From contig NC_043002.1 in NCBI RefSeq assembly GCF_006345805.1, positions 38,130,001 to 38,194,000 on the forward strand: a stretch of 64,000 nt of DNA. The letters are read 5' to 3'. This document shows, in pieces, positions 1 through 13,458 of this stretch; position 1 is the stretch's first letter; each line of letters begins with the position of its first letter. Under the pieces are notes generated by a model that was not told where the DNA came from, ran no database searches, and saw nothing but the letters and a program-made list of their open reading frames with translations. The position numbers and the translations under genes were made by a program. The stretch comes from Octopus sinensis. Lineage: Eukaryota.

Positions 1-164
1 TAGGCTATGATTTGTTGTGTTCGAAGCGCCGGTTGTTAAAATATCTGAGAGTCAAGGAGAGGCAAAATAACTAGCTCCAGATCTCATCTAGGAATGATGG
101 ACAGCAATGTTTTGCCTTTTGTTTTTGGCTTATCAGCATCACGTATCCGAACCTTAATAATGTC

Positions 165-850
165 ATCACAGTGCGTAGTAGTCCTTCAAGCTCATTATCA
201 TCTTTGCCATAGAGTTTTAAGTTAGCCATATAAAATAGATGACTTATTTTCTGCTCGCCAATTTTATACCCATAACGTTTTTGTTAAGTTCACTTGTAAG
301 GGGTATCAGGGCTATGCAAAACATTAGAAGTGAAACTGAGTTACCTTTGAAAATGTGCAGTTGATATTAATATTGTTTGTGGTCAGTATTCCATTAGAGT
401 GGTATAATTGAAGATTCGTATTCCATACTGATATGTTATGCTTCAGGAAGTTTGAAATCACAGGAAAAATTTGAAAATATTCAGCGATTACAAAATCCAG
501 GTGTGTGGTATACTTTTTATAAACAATCCATACGGAACTGAGATTTCTGCGTTTGTTATGACAGTTCTCAAGGGTCATGAGATTGATGAAGAGCTGGTCT
601 TTGCATCCATATGAGCCTCATCGGCACCCTTTTTGTTCATTGGGGATAATATTGTTCTTTTCTATAAATGTCTATATTTTCTCCACGAGGATGGATGTTA
701 AAATTTTATACGTGGAGATAGACATGTTATGGGCCGATAGTTTTGGGGAAATTTGTTTTCATTATTCTTCGAGAGTAGGAAAATAATGCCTATGGCCAAC
801 CAATCAGGTGTTTTCTTAGGATTTCTCATAATTTCATTGAATAACTGAAT
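165..850 (-). pseudogene. R4/Dong-like non-LTR retrotransposon RT fragment (decayed)
   Basis: Manual minus-strand translation across frameshifts gives LFNEIMRNPKKTPDWL..PKNYRPITCLS.TYKILTSIL..NIIPNEQKGCR.GSYGCKDQL..KRRNLSSVWIVYKK..CIALIPLTSELN..KISHLFYMANLKLYGKDDNELEGLL. YMDD is degraded to YMAN. Confidence 0.85.
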
Positions 851-1989
851 AACTGGGCTGAGAGGAAGCTGTCCCTGGAGAATGCGTACATTGCATCCGT
901 CATATACTATCGCCTGACTGTCGTCCCTTGCCCCGCTTCGTGGCTGAACGGGCTGGTGCTATTGCTCGTCTGCTTCCTTTTGAAGGGACAAGTGCCGCTT
1001 GGTCCATTTACTGTCAGCAACCGTTGCGTGGAGGGGTGACTATGTCATGTTTGATAATGCGCAAACATGCACTGAAGGTGCGACATCTCCAGTGATAACT
1101 TAATGGTGAGCAAGTGTGGTCATCGTTTGTTGGACGAGGTTTCCACAGTTCGTCTCTTTGACATAGCTACAGTTCTCGATCATGCGTAGACTGAGGCAGG
1201 GCGCTTGGCACCTAGGGTGTCTCCAAGCGTTCACAGCACTCAGCCAGTCCGGCAATGCAGTCGATGGAAGTTCCACCTTGGGGATTAGTGGCGGGCAAGA
1301 GTAACGACGTTCTAGAAGTACTGGGCATCGGGAGGGACCAACTGACTGGTCTCTTACGGAGGACTTTCGGGCCGGGTCCTATGGATAGATTTTAGAAATC
1401 CCTGGCCTGGCACTGCTACCGGGGGCGGGGCTCTGTCGGTTCGTGCTAAGCTCTACAGGTACGGGTCAGTAGTTAAACGGGCTTATCCGAGATGCACGCG
1501 AAGCAATGAAACAATTCTGCATGCTCTCGTACGGTGTCCACATACTGTTGACTTGTGGAACTTTGCCGATTTGTTATTGTCATATGTAATCTGGTGGCTA
1601 TAACGAAAGAGGTTGTGTAGTGATCGCGATTGAAATGGTTGAAGACGGGTATGTTCCTCTTCAGCCAAGGCCACATTAATCTTTTCAGATTCCACCTGAA
1701 AAGGAACGTTAGGCTGGAGAGAGAGGTACTGTCACCCAGTAAGTTTATCGAAAGGTGGGTGAATGGGACAAGAATGGCCCGTGTGAATGGGCCTACTCTA
1801 AGTGTGCGCCTGTAGGCAGGATGAAATGAGGACGAGAGGGACCCAAAACCCAAATATTATTTAATTCTTTTCTCTGGAGCATTAATATCAATGGAAACAT
1901 TAGTTTTGATACCAAAAATACTTGTCAAGCTTCCACCGACGTTCTAGCCTTCCAACCGGAAGTATAACAACAACAACAACAACAATACT

Positions 1990-3458
1990 CGTGTTTTTCT
2001 CCGTCACAATATATGAATGAAAAAGGAAGGAGTGATAGATGAATAAGGCAGGAAGGGTGATGGCAAACTGTTGATGGAAATTCTACGGTGAAAAAATACG
2101 GTAATAATATCAGATTGGATGACTAGAGGGGGGACAATACTCCTTATGAAAGATAAAAGCAATTGTAATATAGCTAGCAATTATAGACCAATCACATTCT
2201 TATAGACCAATCACATTTTTATAGACTAATCACATTCTTCGTGTGGAGGCTGTTAACAGGAATACTTTTAGAAAGCATTTATAAGCACTTTGACAACAGG
2301 GAATGTACTACCAGAAAAACAGAAAGGTTGCAGGAAGAAAGCTAGAGGAACGCATGATCTATTGCATACAGGAAAAGGAGATCTAAAAGAAGTAAAAGCT
2401 AGAAAGAAAAATCTAACGGTAGCATGGATAGATTATAAGAAAGCCTATGACATGATCCCACACTCATGGATAAGTGAATGTTTGAGTATATTCAGTGTAG
2501 TAGGCAACATAAGAGAATTAATTAGTTTTAGCATGGACACATGGAAGAAATGCGTGGAGTTAGCCAGCTGCTAGACTCACAAGATATAGGAAAACCAAAA
2601 ACTCAAGCGAAGTAAAAAACCCAGAAAAAAGAACAGAAGTTATTTGACTGGCAGGAGAAGGATTTGCATGGTAGATTTCCATATATAGTTGCAGTAAACA
2701 GTAGCAGTGAGACATGAAAGAAAGACTGAAAGGGGAGACAGAAAGTTTGTTAATAGCAGCACAAAATCAAGCATTAAGGAGTAATTGGATGAAAGCCAAG
2801 ATAGACAGAAGCCAAGTGAATTCCCAATGTAGGCTACGCAAATCAAAAGAGGAATGTGTTACTCATATAGTAAGTGATTGTAGCTTGCTGGCACAGAAAG
2901 AATGCAAGAAAAGATATGACAACCTAGGGAAAGTAATTCACTGGGAGTAACATAGAAAGCTAGGATTTCAACATACTGATAAACGGTATGAGCACGAACA
3001 TGGTAAAGTACTAGAAAGTAAGAAATATAAGATGCTATGCTACTTTAACATTCAGACTGACAGTAATAGAAACTAGAAGGCCTGATTTGGTAGTAATAGA
3101 TAAAGGGAATAGAAAGTGCCAGTACAATCCAGTACAATCCAAAATGATGAAAAAAATCAATATGAGAGGTGTAAAAAAATAGCAAAGTAGCAGGACCTAG
3201 CAATTGAAGTACACAGACTATGGAAAGTGCGGGTAAAATGTACTCCGGTAGTTATAGGTGCATCGGGAACTATACCTAAAGATTTGAACAAATGGATAGA
3301 GGAAATAGGCGTAAAACCCAGTTTAGTACAGTTGTAGAAAACAGTGATATTAGGGACAGCTAGGATACTTAGGAGAGTTCTTAGCATCTAAGGTTACTTG
3401 TTGTAGCCCGATGTTAGGGTTTTTCTTTTCCAGCAGTCTAATCTGTTGTGTGTATATG
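1990..3458 (+). mobile_element. 5'-truncated, internally deleted R4/Dong-like RLE non-LTR retrotransposon
   Basis: RT N-part: DWMTRG..NYRPIT..EKQKGCRKKARGTHD..KNLTVAWIDYKKAYDMIPHSWI. The sequence then jumps to the C-terminus: ETESLLIAAQNQALR, a degenerate CCHC (CRLRKSKEECVTHIVSDC), the RLE motif RRPDLVVID (~3075-3101) and GTARILRRVLSI* (stop 3389-3391). A short 3'UTR ends in (AAT)n. Confidence 0.9.
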
Positions 3459-3523
3459 AATAATAATAAATAATAATAATAATAATAATAATGATGATAA
3501 TGATGATGATGATGATGATGATG

Positions 3524-3576
<53 letters not shown>
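3459..3576. repeat. (AAT)n/(GAT)n microsatellite at the 3' end of the Dong-like element
   Basis: Directly visible. Confidence 0.95.
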
Positions 3577-3709
3577 TTATTTATTACCCACAAGGATTTA
3601 AACATAGAGGGGACAAACAAGGACAGACATAGGTATTAAGTCGATTACATCGACCCCCAGTGCGTAACTGGTACTTAATTTATCGACCCCGAAAGGATGA
3701 AAGGCAAAG
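3577..3709 (-). mobile_element. tRNA-derived SINE family E, 3' half
   Basis: Reverse complement contains ctttgcctttcatcctttcggggtcgataaattaagtaccagttacgcactgggggtcgatgtaatcgac, shared with copies at 11.2-11.7, 32.2, 39.8, 40.3-40.6 and 45.4 kb. Confidence 0.8.
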
Positions 3710-4728
3710 CGAAAAGAACTTATATGAGTAACGACTGATAAATTTTCTTTACAACGCTAATATTAATGTGTGAGGAATTCAAGTACGTTTGGAAAATTCT
3801 CATATTTTCAGAGCCTATTCTCTCAGGACATTATCAGAATGTAAAGACTAGCGACAAGTGGAACCATTGGGAGATATTAATATACTCATAAATGGCAACT
3901 TTCAAACTATGAGTATTTTAAAAAGTATTCAACGTGATATGCTCTGCATTCCGTTTCTTCAAAGACGTAATAGTTTTGTAGCTTTATATAATCCTTGTAA
4001 ACTACTCGAAAATAGCTGCAGCTACGAAGATGTCAGAAAAGGAGTGAAAAAATTAGTGGGCAATGTCTAATATTTGTAGTAGTTCTTTCATCATGGAAAT
4101 GAAGCAGCTAGATGAACTAAAACATCAAAGTAATACCCGTCACATATTGTCATTATCCTTCCTTCAACACAGAAAACTACGTGTCTTGTACATAAAAGAA
4201 ATCATTATTGGATTGCAGTTCTGTACCGAGAAACTAAGATTTAAAACCATTACGTTAACGGTAGTCCTAAACGGTGTGTCGCCAAATGCGTTTGAGCTGC
4301 GAGTTATCTAACCATTAAAATATCGCATTCTATAAAATTCACTTTATTACACACATAGAACACACGTCAGCGCAACTAACTTCATTCTAGTCAAGAACAA
4401 TGTGATTATTTCTTGGGAAATAATCTGTGAACATGCTTGGCCATAATTATGACCATATCATTAACTACTTTTAAAATTTTCCTTTCCGTATTGTGTCGAT
4501 AGACTTTCAGTCATGGATATGCACTCCACGCTTGCTTTCGCTTATCACCTAAGCCCTTCGTGAAATCATTAATGTAAAACAGTATGCGCAGGTTCCTGTG
4601 TGCGTATGTGTGTGTGCCCGCGCACGCGTACATGCGTATATGTGTGTGTGTTGTATGTGTTAGTATATGCTTCTGTGTGTGTATGTGAGAGAGAGGGAGA
4701 GAGAGAGAGAGAGTGAAAAAGAACATAT

Positions 4729-4899
4729 CAGGTGTGGTTGTGTGGTAAGAAGCTTGCTTCTCAATCACATGGTTCTCGTATCAGTCCCACTGCGTGGCAC
4801 CCTGGGCAGGTGTCTTCTACTATGGCCTCGGGCCCACCAAAGCTTTGTGAGTGGATTTGGTAGACGGAAACTGAAAGAAGCCCGTCGTATATATATACA

Positions 4900-4971
<72 letters not shown>

Positions 4972-4991
4972 ACTATCTATCTATCTATCTA

Positions 4992-5055
<64 letters not shown>

Positions 5056-5059
5056 ATAA

Positions 5060-5095
<36 letters not shown>

Positions 5096-5299
5096 CATGT
5101 ATGTACACGTTTGTTTGCAAGTGATTGTCCCCGCACCATCGCTTGACAACCGATGTTTGTGTGTTTACATCCCAGTAGCCTAGCGGTTCGCAAAAGTGAC
5201 CGATAGATCAAGTACTAGGCTTACAAAGAATAAATTTGAATAAAGGCAGTGCTCCAGCATGGCGGTAGTCAAATGACTGAAACAAATAAAAGAATAAAA
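4729..5299 (+). mobile_element. tRNA-derived SINE family A (CORE-like) with expanded internal (TATC)n/(TA)n
   Basis: Head tgtggtaagaagcttgct..cagtcccactgcgtggcaccctgggcaggtgtcttct, internal microsatellite, tail gcagtgctccagcatggc..aaatgactgaaacaa. Colinear with the 8594, 30316 and 35335 copies. Confidence 0.85.
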
Positions 5300-5525
5300 A
5301 ATATATATATGGCTGTGAGTAATATGAATTATAAAAATAATCTTCCAATGAGCTAAAGCATTTTGTTATAATTTTTAAATTTCATTTTACCGTAGGAATT
5401 CACTAAAAGAACATCACCTTCACAACCTTCCATTGCGTGTATAGCTGTAAATCAAAAGAAACTTATTTTAAATCATCATTGTAATCAATATTCGTTCGGG
5501 ATTTCTATACCTTCACACTGTCTTG

Positions 5526-5849
5526 GGCGAAGGCGCGTAGCTTACTGGTTAGGGTATTCGGCTCACTACCGTAAGGTCGCGAGTTCAATTCCAGGCGACC
5601 TGTTGTGTCCTTGAGCAAGACAATTTATTTCACGTTGCTCCAGTCCTCTCAGTTGGCAAAAATGAGTTGTACCTATGTTTCAAAGGACCAGCATTCTCAC
5701 ACTCTGTGTCACGCTGAATCATCCCTGAGAACTACGTTAAAGGTACACGTGTCTACGGAGTGCTGAAACACTTGCACGTTAATTTCACGAGCAGACTTAT
5801 CCGTTGATCGGATCGACTGGAACACTCATCGTCGTAGGCGACGGAGTGC
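5526..5849 (+). mobile_element. tRNA-derived SINE with V-domain-like core
   Basis: A-box-like tagcttactggtt, B-box gagttcaattcc, core tgtgtccttgagcaagac..ttcacgttgctccagtcc.ctcag. Confidence 0.8.
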
Positions 5850-7032
5850 TTGTTACACTGTCTTGAAACGGAGAAACGATAGAACATACACGCGCGCGCG
5901 TACACACACAGATATGCATACGCGCGCGCACAACGAACAATACACACACACATGAGCACACACACACGATCAATTATTCCGCAGACTATCATTTCTAAAA
6001 GATTTTTCTTTCGAGACTTCCTATATTTTATATTCAAGTGTTGAACAGGTTTCTATAAAGCTTGAGAAACGCCACGTCATCAGGTTTCTTTTAATTAGTC
6101 TAAATGCTAACAAACTGAATAAATAAATAAATAAATAAACAAACAAATAAATAAATAAATAAATAAATTCAATAAATTCCAAACCTTATTATTTGCCCTT
6201 CCCCGAATCAATTCCCGGGGTGGTGGTGGTGGTGGTGGTTGTGGAGGTGGTGGTCGGGAGACGATAATATTTATATTTTTTTTATATGTTTTTTTTTTTT
6301 GTGGAGTGATTAATTGATTGAGAATATCAATTTGCAGTCCAACAAAAGATATGTAATTAGTTTTCTTACTGAAAAAGAAAAAAAAAGTGAAACTGAATTA
6401 TGGCAAGACACTGCCAAACTGCTTTACTTCCACAAAACCGTTTTGTGTTCCATTCTATTTCCTGTTCTAATTGTGCTGTTTTGATTTATACCTTTGTATT
6501 TTTCATCACTCTGATTAAAGACACACTCTCTAATTTTTCACCCCCTTATATCGCTCTTTCCTCTCCTTCGTATACACGCATACATATACAGGCACACTCA
6601 CATATATTTATCCGTGTGTCTGTATGTACGTATATGTTATACTCACCTATATATGATGAAGATATGAAGTCTGGATATATGGAAGATATTAATATTGTCA
6701 TTTGTTTATCCTGCAGATCGAATATGAAAGAAGAATTGAATTGGTACCACTCACTTTATGCGAGGGATGGTAACTGATGCTTTCAATATGCGTAATCCTA
6801 GAATGACCCTTATTGCTTTTCTCAAAGGCCCTTCCAAAAAATATCGTTACGAAGACACGGGGCAAATCCTGTTCCGGAGGACCAACTATAAGGAATAAAA
6901 CAAAAGAGGCTGTCATGGCTAAGGCTATTACTGACTCCAACTACCTCGACTTTAGGCTCTTCTTGTACACACACACACACACACACACACACCACACACA
7001 CACACATACACACACATATATATATATATATA

Positions 7033-7206
7033 GGGAGAATTCACAGAAAAACAAAAGACGAAGACAGGTGGTGTAGATAGCAAACAGATGTATTAGTATA
7101 ACGCTCGGGAAGTGAAAAAGTCTTTAACGTTTCGAGCCTACGCTCTTCCACAGAAAGGAAAACAAAAAGAAACAAGGAAAGTAAAGAATGTGTAGTGGCT
7201 AGCGAT
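7033..7206 (-). mobile_element. Solo PLE terminal-repeat fragment, HHR family F1
   Basis: Homologous to the 3' ~170 bp of the 48.4/52.8-kb PLE terminal repeats. Its 3' end abuts (TA)n. Confidence 0.8.
7122..7157 (-). ncRNA. Minimal type I hammerhead-like motif F1 (A6->U variant)
   Basis: Minus strand: cttt-CTGTGGA-A-GAGC-gtag-GCTC-GAA-ACGT-T-aaag. Stem I cttt/aaag; palindromic ACGT helix III. Confidence 0.65.
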
Positions 7207-8049
7207 GTGTGTGTATTATCTTTTATCTTTTACTTGTTTCAGTCATTAGACTCCGGCCATGCTGTGGCACCACATTGAAGACTTTGTTTAGTCGAATGAA
7301 TCGACGCCAATTCTTTTTTCTTTTTAGCCTTTTGAATGCATTTTGCAATGTAATTGGCTCTTTTTAAGCCATTCAATTTACAAGAGTAGGATCAAAGTCA
7401 GGTGTGGTTTGTCATCAAGTATTTTAATAGGTCCAATATTCTTAGATGATACTGCTAACTGGCCAAACGCACCTAGACATGTTACCTGCCATATATGTAC
7501 TGTTTCTTTCAACAATACGTTGTACTACCACACAATAGCCGTGACTTGTGGGCTTACCTGGTGAGAATTTGCAAGGACACTAGGTAGGACGAAGAGGTGC
7601 AGTTGCGTTCCTCGAACACTTCTGATTTAACACTTGCAGATCCTTATTTGTGTATCGCAGAAAACTGGTTCTACTGACTCCCGTTCGTGAAGAATTTGTA
7701 GCAGCATGTGCACAATCCTACTGGATAATTCGGCCAAGGTTACTCAAGTAGGTGTTTGCTGTTCTAATAAGTACCCGGAAGTTAATGGCCACAACTTTGA
7801 GCACCGCTTGTAATTATAAAGGTTAAATACAATATATTAATCCCGTGATAGCTGAAAAAATTTGGTGCTAAAAATTTCTACACGTTTTTCTTTTGCTGGA
7901 GTGTGTAGACAATTGTTTGTGGTGAACCCGATATAAATATATATATATATATATACAACTAATGTAGGATAACATTTCTTTTCGAAAAAACAATTATCAC
8001 TGGCCAGCATATTAAAAAATACCTTTAAAGGTTAAATTTATAAATAACT

Positions 8050-8556
<507 letters not shown>

Positions 8557-8593
8557 TACACATACATACATACATAATATATATATATATATA

Positions 8594-9002
8594 GGCGAAG
8601 GAGTGGCTCTGTGGTAAGTAGCTTGCTTACCAATCACATGGTTCCGGGTTCAGTCCCACTGCGTGGCACCTTGGGCTAGTGTTTTCTTCTATAGCTTCGG
8701 GCCGACCAAACCCTTGTGAGTAGATTTGGTAGGCGGAAACTGAAGGAAGCCAGTCGTATATATGTATATATATATGTTCGTGTGTGTATATGTTTGTGTG
8801 TCTGTGTTTGTCCCCGCAACATCGCTTGACAACCGATGGTGGTGTGTTTACGTTCCCGTAACTTAGCGGTTCGGCGAAAGTGACCGATAGAATAAGTACT
8901 AGGCTTACAAACAATAAGTCCTTGGGTAGACTTGCTCGACTAAAGGCAGTGCTCCAGCATGGCTGCAGTCAAATGACTGAAACAAGTAAAAGAGTAAAAG
9001 AG
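8594..9002 (+). mobile_element. tRNA-derived SINE family A, full length
   Basis: ggcgaaggagtggctctgtggtaag..ggttccgggttcagtccc..ccttgggctagtg..(TA/TG)n..gctccagcatggctgcagtcaaatgactgaaacaagtaaaagag. Confidence 0.9.
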
Positions 9003-9662
9003 AATATATATGTATGCATATATAATTATGTCTATATATGTGTGTATGTATTCAGACCCATATCAACACACACATACACATAAATACACACACACACGCA
9101 TACACACACATACAAACACACACACTCACACACACACGCGCGCGCGCGCGCGCACGCAAGCACACATATGACTACAAACTACATAACTGTCGCTGCGTTA
9201 TACCTGTGCCAGGCATACTGAATTCCTGACAACTTAGTTCCCTAATGCAAGTACATAATTTTCCATTAACTTCCAGCTATGAAATGTAAATATCTCCCAG
9301 CGTAACATACAGAGACATGGCTTCAGACGGGTTCATGGACTCCAGATATATTTGAAATGAATGTGAAGTATCTACTGTTGATTTAATGTCTCAGTTCGTT
9401 ATGCATCTCCTGCCATCCCGATCACACGATGGTAGTAGTGCAATAAGTTTATCTACCCTATAGAGCAATTACTCAAGGAAATTGATATTATGAAATTGCT
9501 GTATGGAATATACAACTTTCCCCATGCCACAGATGTTATATAAAAATGGGCATAAGACTATATATAATTGATAGTTAACAGATGGATTAAAACTGATATG
9601 TATAGCAGGTAAAAGTATATACATATACATACATACATACATACATACATACATACATACAT

Positions 9663-9730
<68 letters not shown>

Positions 9731-9794
9731 GACCCCATGCCTCCAGACTGAAACCTACCAACTGCTCAGAAACGCGTCCTTACCGAGACGACGG

Positions 9795-9830
<36 letters not shown>

Positions 9831-9849
9831 TTGCACGGGATGATGAACT

Positions 9850-10330
9850 TTCTGATGGCTCGATTCTTGCTCTTAACAGTCAATTGCAAGTATCGCACCG
9901 GATTATTGTTGTTGCTGATTGAAGTTGGATTGCTCTGTATTTTGTGCGTCGTTGTTTCATTCCGATATTCTTCTTTAATTCCGACATTCTTCTATTTTCC
10001 TCAAAACAGGATATTCCTGCCCCGTTCAAATTACACCAAAATGTACGTTGTCTAACTGTCATTTCCTAGGAATTTTCGTCTATACTAGTATATTACAGAG
10101 TTTCTTTCAATTGGTCCTTTTATCGTCTCAGGGGGCATCCCCAAGAATGTCTGCCATTGTTCGGTCCCCAAAATAGGAATACCTTTGGGAATCTGTTTCC
10201 CCCATGAGAGCCACGTGGTGGGAACATCTCAAGCAGTGCTTCCTGTTTGTAGTCTCTATGCTAATTTGTCCTGCTCTCTTTAGTGCGTCGTATGTACTCG
10301 AATGTAGTGACTGTATAAATGTTCTGATTG
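9850..10330 (-). pseudogene. RTE-clade LINE C-terminal fragment
   Basis: Minus strand across frameshifts: HVA.MG..RFPK..LF....G.PLRR.KDQLKETL ... RQRTFW....GISCFEENR....K...IRCDTCN..LRARI. This matches the RTE/BovB-type C-terminus with a terminal CxxC. Confidence 0.7.
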
Positions 10331-11160
10331 CGCTCTGTAAATGGTTATAGTAACGTATACACAAACACTTGTATATTCACACATGCATACATATATATGT
10401 GTGTATGTGCGGTGTCGTATGGTGTGGTGTGGTGTGGTGTGGTGTGTGTGTGTGTGCGTAAGTATGTATGTAAGTATGTGTGTGATGTGTGCAGAAATAG
10501 CCTGATTGATTTGTGCGTGATTCACATAACTGCAATACATGTCACGTTTATTTATGTCTACAGTCCAAAGAAACGGAAAGGATAAGAGACTGTAAGGGAA
10601 TCTAACGAAATATTTTCTGAATATTTCAGCAGTTTTACAAAATAACTTACCTTGGAATCTACTATATTAGTAATATGCGGGACCGTATATGCTTCCTCAA
10701 ACCAATACGTTGCCGAATTGAAATGAAATAAACTTATTCAAGATGGGAACATAAAAAATTTTGAATCGTATGTTTACACGGCGAAGGAGAGAAATTGCAT
10801 CGTAAAGCTGTGGGAGCTGCAATAAAAATAAATCAAATTTGTTTACATCTGATGAAGATATCGCTAAAGAAATTGCTGCTGTACTACCATGTCATTGTTA
10901 AGATTGAGTAAACAAAATATATCAGCGTACTGGATTTCAAGCGAAAAAGAGAAAATGTATTAGGAGTGTCTAGTATGGCTGACCGAAATTTCAGAGCATT
11001 GCATAAATCACATGTTTATCTGAATGATGAAGACCGTTTTTTATCAATTAAAAGTGGTATCGCGCATATGAACAGAATATAGTTCGAAGGTTGACTAAGT
11101 TAGATATAGTGATTAAATTTTAAAAACATCACTTCTTTCTATGTGTAATTTGGATCGTAA

Positions 11161-11741
11161 ACATACTCTTTTCTACTCTAGGCACAAGCCCCGAAATTTT
11201 GGGGGAAGGGACCAGTCGATTAGATCGACCCCAGTACGCAACTGGTACTAAATTTATCAACCCCGAAAGGATGAAAGGCAAAGTCGACCTCGGCGAAATT
11301 TGAACTCAGAATGTAAAGACACGAAATACCGCTAAGCATTTTGCTCGGTGTGCTAACGCTTCTTATTTCTTTATTGCTCACAAGGGGATAAACAGAGAGG
11401 GAAAAAAACAAGGACAGACAAAGGTATTAAGTCGATTACATCGACCCCAGTGCGTAACTGGTACTTATTTAATCGACCCCGAATAGATAAAAGGCGAAGT
11501 CGACCTCGGCGGAATTTGAACGCAGAACGTAACGGCAGACGAAATACCGTTAAGCATTTTGCCCGGCGTGCTAACGTTTCTGCCAGCTCGCCATCTTTGG
11601 ATCTTAAGCATATTCTTTTCTACTCTAGGCACAAGGCCCGAAATGTTTGCGGAGGGGGCCACTCGATTAGATCAACGCCAGTATGCAAGTGGTACTTAAT
11701 TTATCGACCCCGAAACGATGAAAAGCAAAGTAAACCTCGGC
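11161..11741 (-). mobile_element. Tandem cluster of three SINE family E copies (two tail types)
   Basis: Units ~11161-11362, 11363-11593 and 11610-11741 share the core. Units 1 and 3 carry the ttctactctaggcacaagg tail; unit 2 carries the cacaagggg/ggacagaca tail. Confidence 0.85.
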
Positions 11742-12624
11742 TAAGCACGTAATGTAGCAAGTGGTGATACAAATATATTTTTACGTTTATGAATACTAGA
11801 TTAGTGACGCATTTATGACTATATTTAAATATCAGGCGAGAGAGCACTGAAAATGTACTTTATGTATTTGAATTAGCTAAGCAATTAATTCTATAAATAT
11901 CTACATATATTAGCTAATGAATAAAAATAATTACTCTTCCAATCCTTGTTATAAATGATATAGAAAAAAGCATTAGGCATGACAGTAAATTAAAATTTTA
12001 AAATTATTTGGACTAATTTCCTGATAAATTCGATATCAGTTTTGTCGCTTGCATAATTATTTTAAATTATACATGTACTCCGTAACCCTCCTCTGTTTTA
12101 GAAATATTTCCTTTCTTCAATTAAACATCTAAAAGAATTTGTATACCGTAGAGTAATTTATTATAACCTGAATTCACAAAACATAATTACTGAACGAATA
12201 TAAATCTTGTCTCTTTTATGATCACGACGAATTCTGATAATCGCCTTTCAAAATTCAGTTTATTGGAATATACTAAATTCTTTTTAACTGCCAATCATTT
12301 TTCCATATAGGAGAAATAATCATTAAAATAATGATGTGTTGAGTTATTGAATTTTCTTTGTTGCGATCCGGTAATATTTTGCGTGTGCGTGCGTGTGTAT
12401 GATTATGTGAAGAGGAGGTGTACACGCGTGTGCGAGTGTTTTTGTGTTATTACTCTTTTGTTTAATATCACGTTTTGAATATATATGATATTGCTCAATT
12501 AATTATACCAGCTAAAGAGAAATGCTGAAATACGTTAAAAGTGCTTGCGTGCAGCATTGTCAACTGCCTGAATAGAAGCATACCCGTATGTGTATCTATG
12601 TTTGCCGTATGTGTATATATGACT

Positions 12625-12870
12625 TTTATCTTTTACTTATTCCAGTCATCAAGTTGCGGCCATGCTGGGGGAGAACCTTAAAGGGTTTTAGTCGAACAAA
12701 CCGTCCCCTGTTTTTATTTTTTGTCATATACTTGTTTATGTTTTGCTATATACTTCTATCAGTTCACGTTTTGACGAACTACTCAGTTACGGGAACGTAA
12801 ACAAACTAACAGCAGTTATCAAGTGGTGGTGAGGGACAAAACGCAGACACACGCACATACAGATATATAT
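12625..12870 (-). mobile_element. Diverged SINE family A 3' part
   Basis: cttttacttattccagtcat..gcggccatgctgg and ctcagttacgggaacgtaaac..gggacaaaac match the family A tail in reverse. Confidence 0.6.
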
Positions 12871-13029
12871 ATGCGATTAGGGAATCGACCAGATTATTGG
12901 ATTTTGTTATACATCGTTTTTGACAATGCCCTTTGGTTCGTTTTAGCTTCCGTATAATGCACCTCTGCTGGCTAAGCCAGCAGATGAACATTTCCACCGA
13001 ACGGAAGGCTAATCCATTGCAGTGTTGCC

Positions 13030-13170
13030 AATTTACAATTGAGTGGACTGGACTAACGTGAAATGGGGTATATTGCTCTCAAGAACACAACGCACCGTTC
13101 GGTCCGACAATCGAAACAACGATCTGGCGATCGTGAGTGCAACTGCCCTAGCGACTAGGCCACGCGCCTT
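13030..13170 (-). mobile_element. V-domain-like tRNA SINE 5' part
   Basis: Plus-strand gagtggactggactaacgtgaaat..ctcaagaacacaacgc..ctaggccacgcgcctt is the reverse of the head/core seen at 5526 and 41272. Confidence 0.7.
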
Positions 13171-13223
13171 TGCCATACATGTACGTGTATAAATGAATGT
13201 ATGTATGTATGTATGTATGTATG

Positions 13224-13265
<42 letters not shown>

Positions 13266-13269
<4 letters not shown>

Positions 13270-13458
13270 ATCCAAACAAGAAGGCACAAAAAAACACAAC
13301 AACGCGAGGACGTGGAACAAATATAGTATTATTGGACGCTCAGGAAAGAAGGAAAGAAGGAGAGTTTAACGTTTCGAGCGGAGCTCTTCGTCGGAATCAT
13401 AGGAGAAGGAAAGATCCACAGAAGGGAAGACAGATGAAAAAAATCGCCAACGGTACAC
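13266..13458 (-). mobile_element. Solo PLE-type terminal fragment, HHR family F2
   Basis: Homologous to 23128-23290. Contains an HHR-like motif at 13365-13397 (minus: att-CCGACGA-A-GAGC-tcc-GCTC-GAA-ACGT-T-aaa). Its 3' end abuts (TA)n. Confidence 0.75.

Noticed and set aside
7340-7800. Possible decayed GIY-YIG C-terminus on the minus strand (IKILDDKP..IEW)
   Set aside because: Too little motif conservation to call.
10848-10890. CTGATGAAGATATCGCTAAAGAAATTG
   Set aside because: No convincing stem I, II or III.
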